From positions 1 through 64,000 of the IMG/VR virus record IMGVR_UViG_3300034111_000674: 64,000 nt of DNA, one strand, 5' to 3'. Position numbers and translations under genes: made by a program. Source of the DNA: a virus. Lineage: Duplodnaviria > Caudoviricetes. Every line of letters begins with the position of its first letter. Position 1 is the stretch's first letter. The notes beneath the pieces were generated by a model, which was given only the letters and a program-made list of their open reading frames with translations, was not told the origin of the DNA and searched no databases. This document shows positions 47,233 through 56,294 of the stretch, one piece after another.

Positions 47233-49875
47233 ATGCCTGCTTTAACAAAAAATACACTTTCAACTCAAGTCGACCTTCCAACATGGGAGTGGACTCGCTT
47301 TGCACCGGCTGTTTCTAGTGCACTGAGTTCTACCTGTGCGCCTGATAACATGGGGTTCCTGCGAACTGAACATGGCAGATACATCTATTATTTAATCTCT
47401 GCAACTCAATTTGTTCGATATGATACCTGGACAGATATGTTCCAGGGTTTGACTGCTCCACCCGTAGCTGGTTTTAACGTAAGCACAATGAAGTTTGCGG
47501 GAGCATATGGACCCGAGGGAAAGACTATTTCTGCTACTTCAAACACAATTACAGTTCCAGCGATTTCGATGGCGTCCATGCTGGGTTACGACATTGTGAT
47601 TGTCAGCGGTACAGGTGCAGGACAACGCAGAAAGATTACTGCTGTTGCAGAACCCACAATCCATGACAGCGGTGTGGTTACAGCAATTGCTAACGCAGCT
47701 GGTGGTATCACAATAACTGATACTTTGAAAACTTGGGGTTTCAATCAGTGGGCTGGTTATACTCTACGTGTTTCCGGCAACAGTGGTGTTGGTCAGTACC
47801 GCCGTATCTTGAGCAATACTGCAACAGTGCTAACCATTGCTGATACTACCCAAATGAACATGCGGTTGAATAACCCTGCAATCTTTGCTCCTACAATTGC
47901 GAGCACGGCAGGATCCCAATCTGCATATGTTATTGAATCGCAAGCTTTAACAGTGAACTCACCTTGGACTGTGACACCAGATAGCACATCAGTGTTCCGT
48001 ATTCAGTCTGGTCAGATCTTGTTGGTATCACCTAACGCAGCAACTGCAACTGCGCCTTTCGTGTTAACACAGCTGTATGATATCTTGACCGATACTTGGT
48101 ATGTACTACCAACAATGACCAACACCCTGTTGGCTGCTGCCACCGACTTGGCACTAGAGCGTATGAGTGAAAACGCTTCTCTTTGGGAACGAGGTACAGC
48201 AACAGGTGGTACAACTACTACGTTGATCGATACTACACAAGGTGTAGATCACGCAGCTTGGAGTGTCAATCAATGGGCCGGTTACTGGGTATACATTGAA
48301 TCTGGAACAGGTGTCGGTCAGATCCGTCAAGTACTGAGCAACACTGCTACCACTTTGACTTGGGCAACTGCTGGCACAGCTCCTGATGATACTTCTCAAT
48401 ACTTGATTTTGGGCTTTGATGCAGGCACTGCAACAAGCGCTACTTCTACAACCCTAACAGACAGTACAGTAGCTTGGCCTGTAAACCGTTGGTCAAATTA
48501 CGCTGTGCGTATCTTGTCAGGCACTGGTGCGGGTCAAGTTGTGGCTATTGCAAGCAACACTGCTACAGCCTTGACAATTGTTGGTAACTGGGGAGTAACT
48601 CCTGACAGTACGTCTGTGTATGCCATTCAAGGTGACCCAGACAAGTTTTACCTATTTGCCGGTGGTATTGCTGGTACGCCAATCTTAAATTACAGCTCTC
48701 AAACCCAAACTTTTGGTCGTCAGCAAGATTGGGGTATTGCCAGAAATGCCGCAGCAACTGTGGGTGGATATCAGCCTGTTGCAATTGCTTCACTTGCTAA
48801 TGCAACAACCACGGCAACGGTTACAACTGCACATCCTCATCAATTCAAGGTTGGTGAATTAGTTACGGTCCGCGGTGCAACAGACGCAAACTTTAACGTA
48901 ACCAACGTTGCAATTGCCACTGTACCTTCAGCGACTACGTTTACTTATACAATGGCAGGAACTCCTGCTGCAACTACAATTCCTGGTGCTCAGTCTACTA
49001 CAACACTCACAGACGGTTCTAAGAGTTGGACAGTTAACCAGTGGGCGGGTTTTACCTGCCACATGTACGCAGCAACTCCAACTGCTGCATCTGGTTCAAC
49101 TACAGGTCAAGTATTGCGAATTGTAAGTAACACTGCCACAACCTTAACATTTGCTGTAGCAGGTACCGCACCCACAAACGGTATTAGTCGATACTCTATC
49201 TGCACTAGTTCAGCAATTGGAGCAACTGACTCTGGTGTTGCAACGGGTACACACAGCACAACAACACTGCAAGATACCAACAAAACTTGGGCTGTAAACA
49301 TTCATGCCGGTAAGAGAGCTCGTATCTTAACAGGTCCTGGCGGTCCAGCCGAGGCTATTATTAGTAGCAATACAGCTAATACTTTGACATTCTCAGCTGC
49401 ACTGGGTGCTGCACCTGTGAGCGCTCAAACGGGTTACGCAATCATTGAACCTACTGTAAGAGGTCTTGGTACTACAGCAAATTGGGCGTTTGGTACTAGT
49501 GTTCCAGCCCTCCGTGGTCGGTACACGTACATTACTCGTGGCGGTGGTACTGCTGGCTTCGATCGTTGGGACGTTACCACAGATCGTGTTAACTTGATGA
49601 CCACTTCGCCACTTACAGAAACACTGACGACCGGTACTATGGCAGCGTATGATGGCAGAGATCGCATCTACTTCCACAAAGACAACACTCAACGTGTTTA
49701 TAGCTTAAACGTAGTAACTGCAAACGTTAATGGTGCTTCAATGTATCCGTATGTTGCTCCTACAGCAATCATTGGCAACCGTATGGAGATTATTACAACA
49801 AAAGACGGCTTGAAGTACATCTGGCTCAACCGAGCATCTTTTGCAGAGTGCTTCCGTTGCTTGGCTTTCTGGTAA
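47233..49875 (+). CDS. Beta-propeller-like adhesin with nested inserted repeat domains
   Basis: Blade-like segments at both ends (RYIYYL...FVRYD; GFDRWD, RIYFHKD, KYIWLNR). About six ~70-aa W-x-x-N-x-W-x-G...G-x-G-Q...SNTAT-x-LT repeats plus one FCCH-like domain. Confidence 0.6.
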   Translation: MPALTKNTLSTQVDLPTWEWTRFAPAVSSALSSTCAPDNMGFLRTEHGRYIYYLISATQFVRYDTWTDMFQGLTAPPVAGFNVSTMKFAGAYGPEGKTISATSNTITVPAISMASMLGYDIVIVSGTGAGQRRKITAVAEPTIHDSGVVTAIANAAGGITITDTLKTWGFNQWAGYTLRVSGNSGVGQYRRILSNTATVLTIADTTQMNMRLNNPAIFAPTIASTAGSQSAYVIESQALTVNSPWTVTPDSTSVFRIQSGQILLVSPNAATATAPFVLTQLYDILTDTWYVLPTMTNTLLAAATDLALERMSENASLWERGTATGGTTTTLIDTTQGVDHAAWSVNQWAGYWVYIESGTGVGQIRQVLSNTATTLTWATAGTAPDDTSQYLILGFDAGTATSATSTTLTDSTVAWPVNRWSNYAVRILSGTGAGQVVAIASNTATALTIVGNWGVTPDSTSVYAIQGDPDKFYLFAGGIAGTPILNYSSQTQTFGRQQDWGIARNAAATVGGYQPVAIASLANATTTATVTTAHPHQFKVGELVTVRGATDANFNVTNVAIATVPSATTFTYTMAGTPAATTIPGAQSTTTLTDGSKSWTVNQWAGFTCHMYAATPTAASGSTTGQVLRIVSNTATTLTFAVAGTAPTNGISRYSICTSSAIGATDSGVATGTHSTTTLQDTNKTWAVNIHAGKRARILTGPGGPAEAIISSNTANTLTFSAALGAAPVSAQTGYAIIEPTVRGLGTTANWAFGTSVPALRGRYTYITRGGGTAGFDRWDVTTDRVNLMTTSPLTETLTTGTMAAYDGRDRIYFHKDNTQRVYSLNVVTANVNGASMYPYVAPTAIIGNRMEIITTKDGLKYIWLNRASFAECFRCLAFW

Positions 49876-49885
49876 GGGAGGTTGT

Positions 49886-50053
49886 ATGTTATTACAAGAC
49901 ATTATACAAATCCTTAATAACAGGTTGGAGTCCTTGAAAGCTAAAAAGAACATAGCGATCGCCTCCGGAGAACTGGAACAGGTCTACAATTTAGAACTTG
50001 AAATTTCCGAAACAACTTCTACATTAGATCAACTCAAGACATTGATGGTGTAA
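49886..50053 (+). CDS. Small coiled-coil protein (55 aa)
   Basis: ATG 49886 after GGGAGG; heptad pattern LNNRLESL...LEISETTSTLDQL. Confidence 0.65.
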   Translation: MLLQDIIQILNNRLESLKAKKNIAIASGELEQVYNLELEISETTSTLDQLKTLMV

Positions 50054-50056
50054 TAT

Positions 50057-51424
50057 ATGTTGCTAACCCTGCTCCAATCCGGCGGGGCAGGTCCTGGGTT
50101 TGTCTCTGGCAATCTCATAGCTTCAGAAACTGGTTTAGACTCTTGCGTCATAACAGGAGTACTACCAGTTTCTGGTAGTCTGGCCTCCTCAGAGACCGGC
50201 AATGATATATCTTCCACAACTGGTAAGTTGACAGTACGTGGTAACTTAAACACTTCAGAAACCGGAAGCGATAGTTTTGCAGGAGCCAGTTCGGCACCTA
50301 GCGGTATAACCGGTAGTTTGACAGCCAGCGAGACTGGTACGGACACAGCAGTTTTAACAGCCAAAGCACTGGTTCGTGGCTCACTAGCGGTCAGCGAAAC
50401 TGGTACGGACACAGCAGTTTTAACAGCCAAAGTACTGGTTCGTGGTTCACTAGCAGTCAGTGAGACTGGGTCTGACGTATCAAGTAGCTCTGGCAAAGTA
50501 TTGGTAAAAGGTTCTCTGGCTCGTAGTGAGAGTGGAACTGATACTTTTAGTGCTACTAGTACTGCACCAAGTGCCCGAACTGGTACTCTACAAGCCGCAG
50601 AAACTGGTACAGATACTACAACAATCGTTGCTAAAAACATAGTACGTGGCTCATTAGCAGTCAGTGAAACTGGTACAGATACCTCTGCCCTAACAGGTAA
50701 GTTGGTAACACGTGGTAGCCTGAGTGTTAGTGAAACTGGAACGGATACCTCAACCTCAACGGGTAAGGTGGTCGTAAAAGGCTCACTCAGCCGTAGCGAA
50801 AACCCAGACACTACAGCTATTTCCGGCAAGGTATTGGTAAGGGGGTCACTGTCCGGCAGCGAGGGTTCAGACACTGCCCTCTTGGTAGGTAAAGTACTAG
50901 TACAAGGAACCACTGGCCTACAGGAAATAGGATTCGATAGTGCTCAAGGCATAGCAAAACTCAGAGTGTTGGGTACCTTGGGCAGCACAGAGTCTGGTTC
51001 TGATTCTGCCAATATTATAGCAAAACTAGTTAATAGAGGTAGTTTTGCAAGCAGTGAAACTGGGCTTGATACTGCCGAGGTCGTAGCAAAATTAGTCAAC
51101 AGGGCTAATTCTTCACAAGTTATTGACTTCTTGTACAGCTCTGCAGCTGCTACTATTGTGAGCGGTAACAGTACCAATGTAATACCAATAACGGGATTTG
51201 CTAGTGCGTTAAGAATTGCACTGGCCTTGAAAGGTAATGATACATTTGTACAGAGTATTGACAGTACTACATTTATACAAAATATTGACAGTACTACAGT
51301 TATACAAAATATTGACAGTACTACATTTATACAAAATATTGACAGTACTACATTTATTGCTTACTCTGTATCCGATCCTATATTTATTACCTCTGAAGAG
51401 GTTGGGATTACTGTTTACGAGTAA
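50057..51424 (+). CDS. 22-aa repeat protein, paralogue of the N-terminus of ORF 28218
   Basis: MLLTL...GAG-x-G-x-V-x-GNL start, 15 repeats of G-S/T-L-x-x-S-E-T-G-x-D (50108-51103), and a C-terminal 9-aa repeat. Confidence 0.7.
   Translation: MLLTLLQSGGAGPGFVSGNLIASETGLDSCVITGVLPVSGSLASSETGNDISSTTGKLTVRGNLNTSETGSDSFAGASSAPSGITGSLTASETGTDTAVLTAKALVRGSLAVSETGTDTAVLTAKVLVRGSLAVSETGSDVSSSSGKVLVKGSLARSESGTDTFSATSTAPSARTGTLQAAETGTDTTTIVAKNIVRGSLAVSETGTDTSALTGKLVTRGSLSVSETGTDTSTSTGKVVVKGSLSRSENPDTTAISGKVLVRGSLSGSEGSDTALLVGKVLVQGTTGLQEIGFDSAQGIAKLRVLGTLGSTESGSDSANIIAKLVNRGSFASSETGLDTAEVVAKLVNRANSSQVIDFLYSSAAATIVSGNSTNVIPITGFASALRIALALKGNDTFVQSIDSTTFIQNIDSTTVIQNIDSTTFIQNIDSTTFIAYSVSDPIFITSEEVGITVYE
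51257..51357 (+). repeat. 27-bp tandem repeat (IDSTTFIQN), about 3.7 copies
   Basis: ATTGACAGTACTACA(T/G)TTATACAAAAT starting at 51257, 51284, 51311 and 51338 (partial). Confidence 0.95.
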
Positions 51425-51436
51425 GAGGAATATTAT

Positions 51437-51922
51437 ATGCTAGAATTTGCAGCTAGTGGATTATTGGGCAGTTTATTTGGCGGATTGTTCCGTTTAGCCC
51501 CAGAAATACTGAAGTTTTTTGATCGCAAAGATGACCGCAAACACGAACTGAGTATGTATGGCCTACAAATTGACTTGGAAAAGACAAAAGGTCAGGTCAA
51601 GATTGAAGAAAAGTACATAGACTACGGCATTGCCAACACTCAGGCTATTCAGAGTGCTTTTGAGAGTCAGGCCAAAGAGGCTTCCAACAGCTATCGCTGG
51701 GTAGCCGCACTGAGTGCTCTAGTCCGGCCAATGGTAACTTATGTACTATTTGGTATGTATGTGACATTTAAGATAATCGTTATCTCTTACGCAATGCAAA
51801 ACGGTGCCAACTGGATTGACATTGCAAACAAGCACTGGACACCAGACGACTTTGCAATGTTGAACATGATACTCACATTCTGGTTTTTGGGCCGCAGTAT
51901 TGAAAAGCGTAGTGGGTCATGA
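51437..51922 (+). CDS. Holin (GTA 3-TM-like family)
   Basis: N-terminal LLGSLFGGLFRLAPE, DRKHEL, then W...SALVRP-x-x-TY and ILTFWFLGRS; overlaps the endolysin start. Confidence 0.75.
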   Translation: MLEFAASGLLGSLFGGLFRLAPEILKFFDRKDDRKHELSMYGLQIDLEKTKGQVKIEEKYIDYGIANTQAIQSAFESQAKEASNSYRWVAALSALVRPMVTYVLFGMYVTFKIIVISYAMQNGANWIDIANKHWTPDDFAMLNMILTFWFLGRSIEKRSGS

Positions 51923-52455
51923 CCCAAGAAGCCGTCAAACTGTGTACAGATGCCCTCTTACATCCCTTTGAGGGCTATCACAAACGTCTAGCAAATGGTG
52001 ATTGTGAAAGCTATCCCGACCCAGCCAGTCCACTGGCTCGGGGTAAGTTTTCAAAGGTTGAAGTAGCAAATATGACACCTGACCAGCTGCTCAAAGCTGG
52101 GCACCCTTGGACTATTGGTTGGGGCATTACTGGCTCAGACATTGTGCCTGGACTGGTGTGGACGCGCCAGCAGGCAGATGAGCGATTTGAAAGAATGCTA
52201 AGCAAATTTGTGAATGGGGCTGTCAGCCTCAGCCCCAACCTGTTAAATGAACCGCCCAGAAGGTTGGCGGCAATCATTAGTTTTTGTTATAACTGTGGCT
52301 TAGGTAACTACAGAATTAGCACTCTGCGTAAGAGGGTCAATCAAGGCGACTGGTGGGGTGCTTATCACGAAATACAAAAATGGAATAAAGCGCAAGGTAT
52401 TGTGTTAAATGGATTAACGCGCCGCCGCCTAGCAGAAGGCAAGTTTCTTCTCTAG
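51919..52455 (+). CDS. Endolysin, GH24 (T4-lysozyme-like) muramidase
   Basis: FEG...YPD...WTIGWG catalytic E/D/T pattern; AIISFCYNCG; LTRRRLAE. Confidence 0.9.
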   Translation: MTQEAVKLCTDALLHPFEGYHKRLANGDCESYPDPASPLARGKFSKVEVANMTPDQLLKAGHPWTIGWGITGSDIVPGLVWTRQQADERFERMLSKFVNGAVSLSPNLLNEPPRRLAAIISFCYNCGLGNYRISTLRKRVNQGDWWGAYHEIQKWNKAQGIVLNGLTRRRLAEGKFLL

Positions 52456-52482
52456 GTATTCTTCAACCAACCTTCAAAATCT

Positions 52483-53181
52483 ATGGCAAATTCAAGTGGC
52501 AAGAAAGCTCGCAGAGCAGCAAGTGAGGCCCCTAAATCCGAGTTCTTGACGAGAACAGGATTTAAGGAGGTAAAACCACTAAATTATATACAGGAAACGT
52601 ATTTAAATGCTATAAAAACCAATGAGATTGTCTTTGGTATTGGAAGTGCAGGCACAGGCAAAACCTATGTGGCTGCAAGCTATGCTGCAAGTGAACTCTT
52701 TCACCGTCGCGTGGAAAAGATCATTTTAACCAGACCCAACGTAGAAACAGGCAGAGGTTTGGGGTTTTTACCAGGTACACTGGAAGAAAAATACGAACCG
52801 TACCTAGATCCCTTTGATCAGGTGTTTCAACGGTCGTTGGGCAGTGGTTTTTACGAGTATGCTTTGAAGAGCAAAGCCATTGAACCACGTCCACTGGGAT
52901 TTATGAGAGGTGCTACTTTTGATAATGCCATTGTGTTAGTAGATGAGGCTCAGAACGCCACAAAAACCGAGTTCAAAATGTTATTGAGTAGAATCGGTCG
53001 GAACACAAAAATGATTATCAGTGGCGATCATGAACAGAGTGATATTGGTAACGACAGTGGCCTAACAGACGCAGTTACCAGACTAGAGGGTATAACCGGC
53101 ATTGAAGTGGTCCGTTTCTTGGACAGCGACATTGTACGAAGCAAAATGTGTAAAGCCATCATCATGGCATATAAGAATTGA
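52483..53181 (+). CDS. phoH: PhoH-like ATPase
   Basis: GSAGTGKT Walker A, RPNVE, LGFLPG, MRGATF, DEAQN, GDHEQSD, DIVRS. Confidence 0.95.
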   Translation: MANSSGKKARRAASEAPKSEFLTRTGFKEVKPLNYIQETYLNAIKTNEIVFGIGSAGTGKTYVAASYAASELFHRRVEKIILTRPNVETGRGLGFLPGTLEEKYEPYLDPFDQVFQRSLGSGFYEYALKSKAIEPRPLGFMRGATFDNAIVLVDEAQNATKTEFKMLLSRIGRNTKMIISGDHEQSDIGNDSGLTDAVTRLEGITGIEVVRFLDSDIVRSKMCKAIIMAYKN

Positions 53182-53188
53182 GGAGACC

Positions 53189-53331
53189 ATGGCCAAAGAA
53201 CTGTGTCCAAATATTAATTTGAGCAACTACTTGGCAGCGGTTCAGTACGCCAACTATGGGGCGGAGACGGTGGTCAGTCTTGGGCCAAAGCTAAGCGAGA
53301 TCAAATAGTAAGGGCTCGCGAAAACAACTAA
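53189..53331 (+). pseudogene. Probable internally deleted / frameshifted gene remnant
   Basis: AGGAG-ATG 53189 gives MAKELCPNINLSNYLAAVQYANYG. At CTATGG (53254-53259) the -1 frame reads LWGGDGGQSWAKAKRDQIVRARENN-stop (53331), which has no start codon of its own. Confidence 0.55.
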
Positions 53332-53341
53332 GAGGTGATTT

Positions 53342-53674
53342 ATGCCAGATCCAACAAGTTATTTAACTGCTAAGGTCGCATCAATGATAGGCGGACTTTT
53401 TGGCGGATTTGCAATCTTAACCTTCATCAGACCTAAAACTATTGGTGAAGCATTTATGAGAGGCGGAATGAGTGTTGGAAGTGCCATAGTATTTGCACAG
53501 CCCCTACTAGAAGTGCTTGATTTGTCCAACAATTGGGAAACTCAGATGATGGGTGGGTTCTGTGTAGGCTTTCTATCCTATACAGTATTAGGAATGATAG
53601 CGAACTTCTTGCGAAAAAATCAAAACAAAGACATTGTACAAGCTGCAAAAGACGTTAAAGACGTCATAAAATGA
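53342..53674 (+). CDS. Membrane protein, putative second holin
   Basis: 110 aa with three hydrophobic segments and a Lys-rich C-terminus; GAGGTG RBS. Confidence 0.6.
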   Translation: MPDPTSYLTAKVASMIGGLFGGFAILTFIRPKTIGEAFMRGGMSVGSAIVFAQPLLEVLDLSNNWETQMMGGFCVGFLSYTVLGMIANFLRKNQNKDIVQAAKDVKDVIK

Positions 53675-53709
53675 AAAAAGCCCCTCAACTTGTGTTGAGG
53701 GGCTTTTTT
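53674..53709. terminator. Bidirectional terminator between the convergent late and replication blocks
   Basis: AAAAAAGCCCCTCAAC-TTGT-GTTGAGGGGCTTTTTT. Confidence 0.92.
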
Positions 53710-53867
53710 CATTTTTTCTCTGGCTTTTCTGACTTCTCCGGCAGCTGTTCTTTTGCCTGCTCTTGAAGTTTACGAGTCAGTGGATTAGCTACTTTAGCTG
53801 GTAATTCTTGTAATCCTGCCAAAATAATATTAGCTTCTTGCTCTGTTACCTTAAATGTTAATTCCAT
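53709..53867 (-). CDS. Small hypothetical protein (52 aa)
   Basis: Not in the ORF track. AGAGGAAAT-ATG at 53867 gives MELTFKVTEQEANIILAGLQELPAKVANPLTRKLQEQAKEQLPEKSEKPEKK. Confidence 0.75.
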   Translation of the reverse strand: MELTFKVTEQEANIILAGLQELPAKVANPLTRKLQEQAKEQLPEKSEKPEKK

Positions 53868-53877
53868 ATTTCCTCTT

Positions 53878-55842
53878 TTATTTTATGGGGCAAGCACCTG
53901 TAGTGCAGTCGTCTTGTACGATCTCATCAAAACTGTTGGCATTGTTGATATCAACGGGCAATAGGTTTTGAATGTACTCTTGATAGGTTTGTTCGTCTAC
54001 TACTTCCTGTGGTAAATAGAGATAGCCTAAGTCTTTGGCAGTCTTTGTAGGGTCACTACGGAATAAGAAGCTTACCCCTACATAGCAATCCCAATTGTTT
54101 AATAGCCAGTTCTTAATACCCTCAACTTCGCTTGGATCGTAGCTGATAGTTACCGACGTATTTTGCTGAGTCCAGCTGGTCTGAATCATCTTGTAGCGTT
54201 CAAGTTGATGAATGGCACTTTCCAGGTTGACTTCCTTGCCATCTACCTTGTCAAAAGGCACATCATCCCATTTGACTGGAAATGTGACGAGTACGCCACT
54301 GGGGTCGGTGGGGTGATTGATCACTTTGTAGTTTGCTGCGCGCAACTTGTCTACTACTGGATCAAACTTTGAGAACTGTACGTTGTTAAAAATGTACTTT
54401 CCAAGAGGCTTGTGTACTCCTTCTGTGGTATCCATGATCTTGGATAGGGTTCCACTAGGTTTGATACAAGTAATGTTCTTTGGTCTTGGTAACCCGAGTT
54501 CATCGGCCATCCCAACTGCGGCAGCAGTTGCTGTACGCTTAAGATATTCATAGTCATAGCCTGTCATGTCAGGACGTTTTACAATGCCGGTCAGACCTAC
54601 TCCACACAGGCGTAGGAAGTAGTTGTTCAAATGCCAGCTCTCTTGTAAGATACCATCCTTTAGGTTTACACAAGTCTGGCGATAATTTGCGCGAGCAGCC
54701 AGCCTGATAGCTTCATGCATTCCTGCATTGTTGCCTTTAAACTTGCCAATGTCTGTTTCTGTCAAGTTGCAAAAGCTCTTGTTGCCTAATAGAATTTCTA
54801 CACAAGGATTGCAACCAGCAAACCAAGGAGCACGACGAAGAGCTTCGACTGCATTGATAAAGCCCGGCTCGCTGCCGCCTGCGTCCAACATCAAGTCAAA
54901 GATTTGACTGATTTCTTCATATGTAGGCTTTTTGCGGAATACTAAGCTATTATTGCTCTGTTGGCGCTGACTGTTTCCATGCAGCCACCAATCTTTCTTG
55001 GCTAGGGCAAATTCTTTCCACTCGGGCTGGTCGTATTCAAAAAGAGCAATTTCAGCACTTCTACGACTAGAGAGTATAGTCCCAAGCCAATTAACAATGT
55101 CGAGAATATCCATCCGAGTAAGAAGGCTATCGGCACGACCATTAAGAATACGGGCAATAGCACTATAAGCCACGCTAATCGCTTCGTCGCCACTTGAAAT
55201 CCATCCATAACCCTTTAGCCTTTCACCAGCAGGTCGTAATTGACTAAAGTCCAACACCAAGGTTTCTGCCGGGTATTTACCCGCAAGCAGCTTGCCAATA
55301 GACTTTGCCCAAGCTTCTGCACTATCACCAACTTGAATTGTCCAAGTTTTTGTATCTTGGTCCCAGGTTTCCACATTGTGTTCATTTCCACCCTTTTCAG
55401 TTCGTGTACTACGAACAGTTCTGATGTTCTTGATGGGCTTTGAAAAACCGTTCAAGGTGCCTACAACTGGCTTGAACCCAACACCGCAGCCTTGTAGCAA
55501 CAGCCATAACACGTCTACTACGTCGTATACTGTTTCTACACAGGTAAAGCTACAATTGAATTGACTAGCTTCACGAGTCTTAGCAACGTCTGTACCACCC
55601 AACCACAACGTGCGGCCACTGGTCAACACCTTGCGATCCAACATCAACTGTTCTAGATCGTACAGTTCTGCGTATTCCTGATCGCTTAGTTCATCACCTT
55701 TTGCTCGAAGCCACAGCCATTCTTGGTGATCAATCACTCGTGCAACTGTTTCTTGCCAGGTTTCAAAGTTTAAACCACTGTCGTCGGTAGGACGGTTATA
55801 TGTACGCCGGGTTATTACTTGTGCTCTTGTACTTGGTACCAT
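53878..55842 (-). CDS. nrdJ: Class II (adenosylcobalamin-dependent, monomeric RTPR-type) ribonucleotide reductase
   Basis: RRTYNR, SGRTLWLGGT, FNCSF, LLQGCGVGF, NPCVEI, TCIKPSGT, and the C-terminal CTTGACPIK redox pair. Confidence 0.93.
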   Translation of the reverse strand: MVPSTRAQVITRRTYNRPTDDSGLNFETWQETVARVIDHQEWLWLRAKGDELSDQEYAELYDLEQLMLDRKVLTSGRTLWLGGTDVAKTREASQFNCSFTCVETVYDVVDVLWLLLQGCGVGFKPVVGTLNGFSKPIKNIRTVRSTRTEKGGNEHNVETWDQDTKTWTIQVGDSAEAWAKSIGKLLAGKYPAETLVLDFSQLRPAGERLKGYGWISSGDEAISVAYSAIARILNGRADSLLTRMDILDIVNWLGTILSSRRSAEIALFEYDQPEWKEFALAKKDWWLHGNSQRQQSNNSLVFRKKPTYEEISQIFDLMLDAGGSEPGFINAVEALRRAPWFAGCNPCVEILLGNKSFCNLTETDIGKFKGNNAGMHEAIRLAARANYRQTCVNLKDGILQESWHLNNYFLRLCGVGLTGIVKRPDMTGYDYEYLKRTATAAAVGMADELGLPRPKNITCIKPSGTLSKIMDTTEGVHKPLGKYIFNNVQFSKFDPVVDKLRAANYKVINHPTDPSGVLVTFPVKWDDVPFDKVDGKEVNLESAIHQLERYKMIQTSWTQQNTSVTISYDPSEVEGIKNWLLNNWDCYVGVSFLFRSDPTKTAKDLGYLYLPQEVVDEQTYQEYIQNLLPVDINNANSFDEIVQDDCTTGACPIK

Positions 55843-55850
55843 AATGTTCC

Positions 55851-56294
55851 TTAATTCTTTCCAGTACTGCCAAATCCGCCAGTACCGCGTTGTGTATCAT
55901 TCCATTCTTCGTCTGACCAGTCGTCTACGTCAGGTTTTACCAATAGGATGGGCACTATTACAAGCTGCACAATTCGATCGCCTTGGTAAATAACAGGGTT
56001 AAAATTCTGTCCTCCAGTATACATGAGACTGGCCATAATCTCTCCACGATAGTCCGAATCAATCACGCCTACCGAGTTTGTCATTACGATCCCGCTCTTG
56101 CTCAGAGAGCTGCGCGGAATCAACATGCCTACATAACCCTGTGGAATTTTTACACTTACTCCTGTACCAATCAAAACTCTAATATTGAGAGGCATTTCGC
56201 AAGTGGATCTGGCCCGCAAGTCTAATCCAGCATCTGTGGGATTGGCTCTGGTGGGCATGCAATCCGGGTTCTGTAATTTAGTTTTCATAAACAT
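55851..56294 (-). CDS. dut: Trimeric dUTPase
   Basis: DAGLDL, PRSSL, GVIDSDYRGEI, RIVQLV, RGTGGFGSTG. ATG 56288 is an alternative start. Confidence 0.96.
   Translation of the reverse strand: MFMKTKLQNPDCMPTRANPTDAGLDLRARSTCEMPLNIRVLIGTGVSVKIPQGYVGMLIPRSSLSKSGIVMTNSVGVIDSDYRGEIMASLMYTGGQNFNPVIYQGDRIVQLVIVPILLVKPDVDDWSDEEWNDTQRGTGGFGSTGKN

Noticed and set aside
50029-50913. 294-aa minus-strand ORF
   Set aside because: Antisense shadow of the 22-aa repeat gene.
51257-51357. 27-bp repeats as CRISPR or iterons
   Set aside because: Directly tandem with no spacers, and in frame within a coding region.
53102-53308. 68-aa ORF as given in the track
   Set aside because: Its 5' part overlaps phoH out of frame; the RBS-supported start is ATG 53189.
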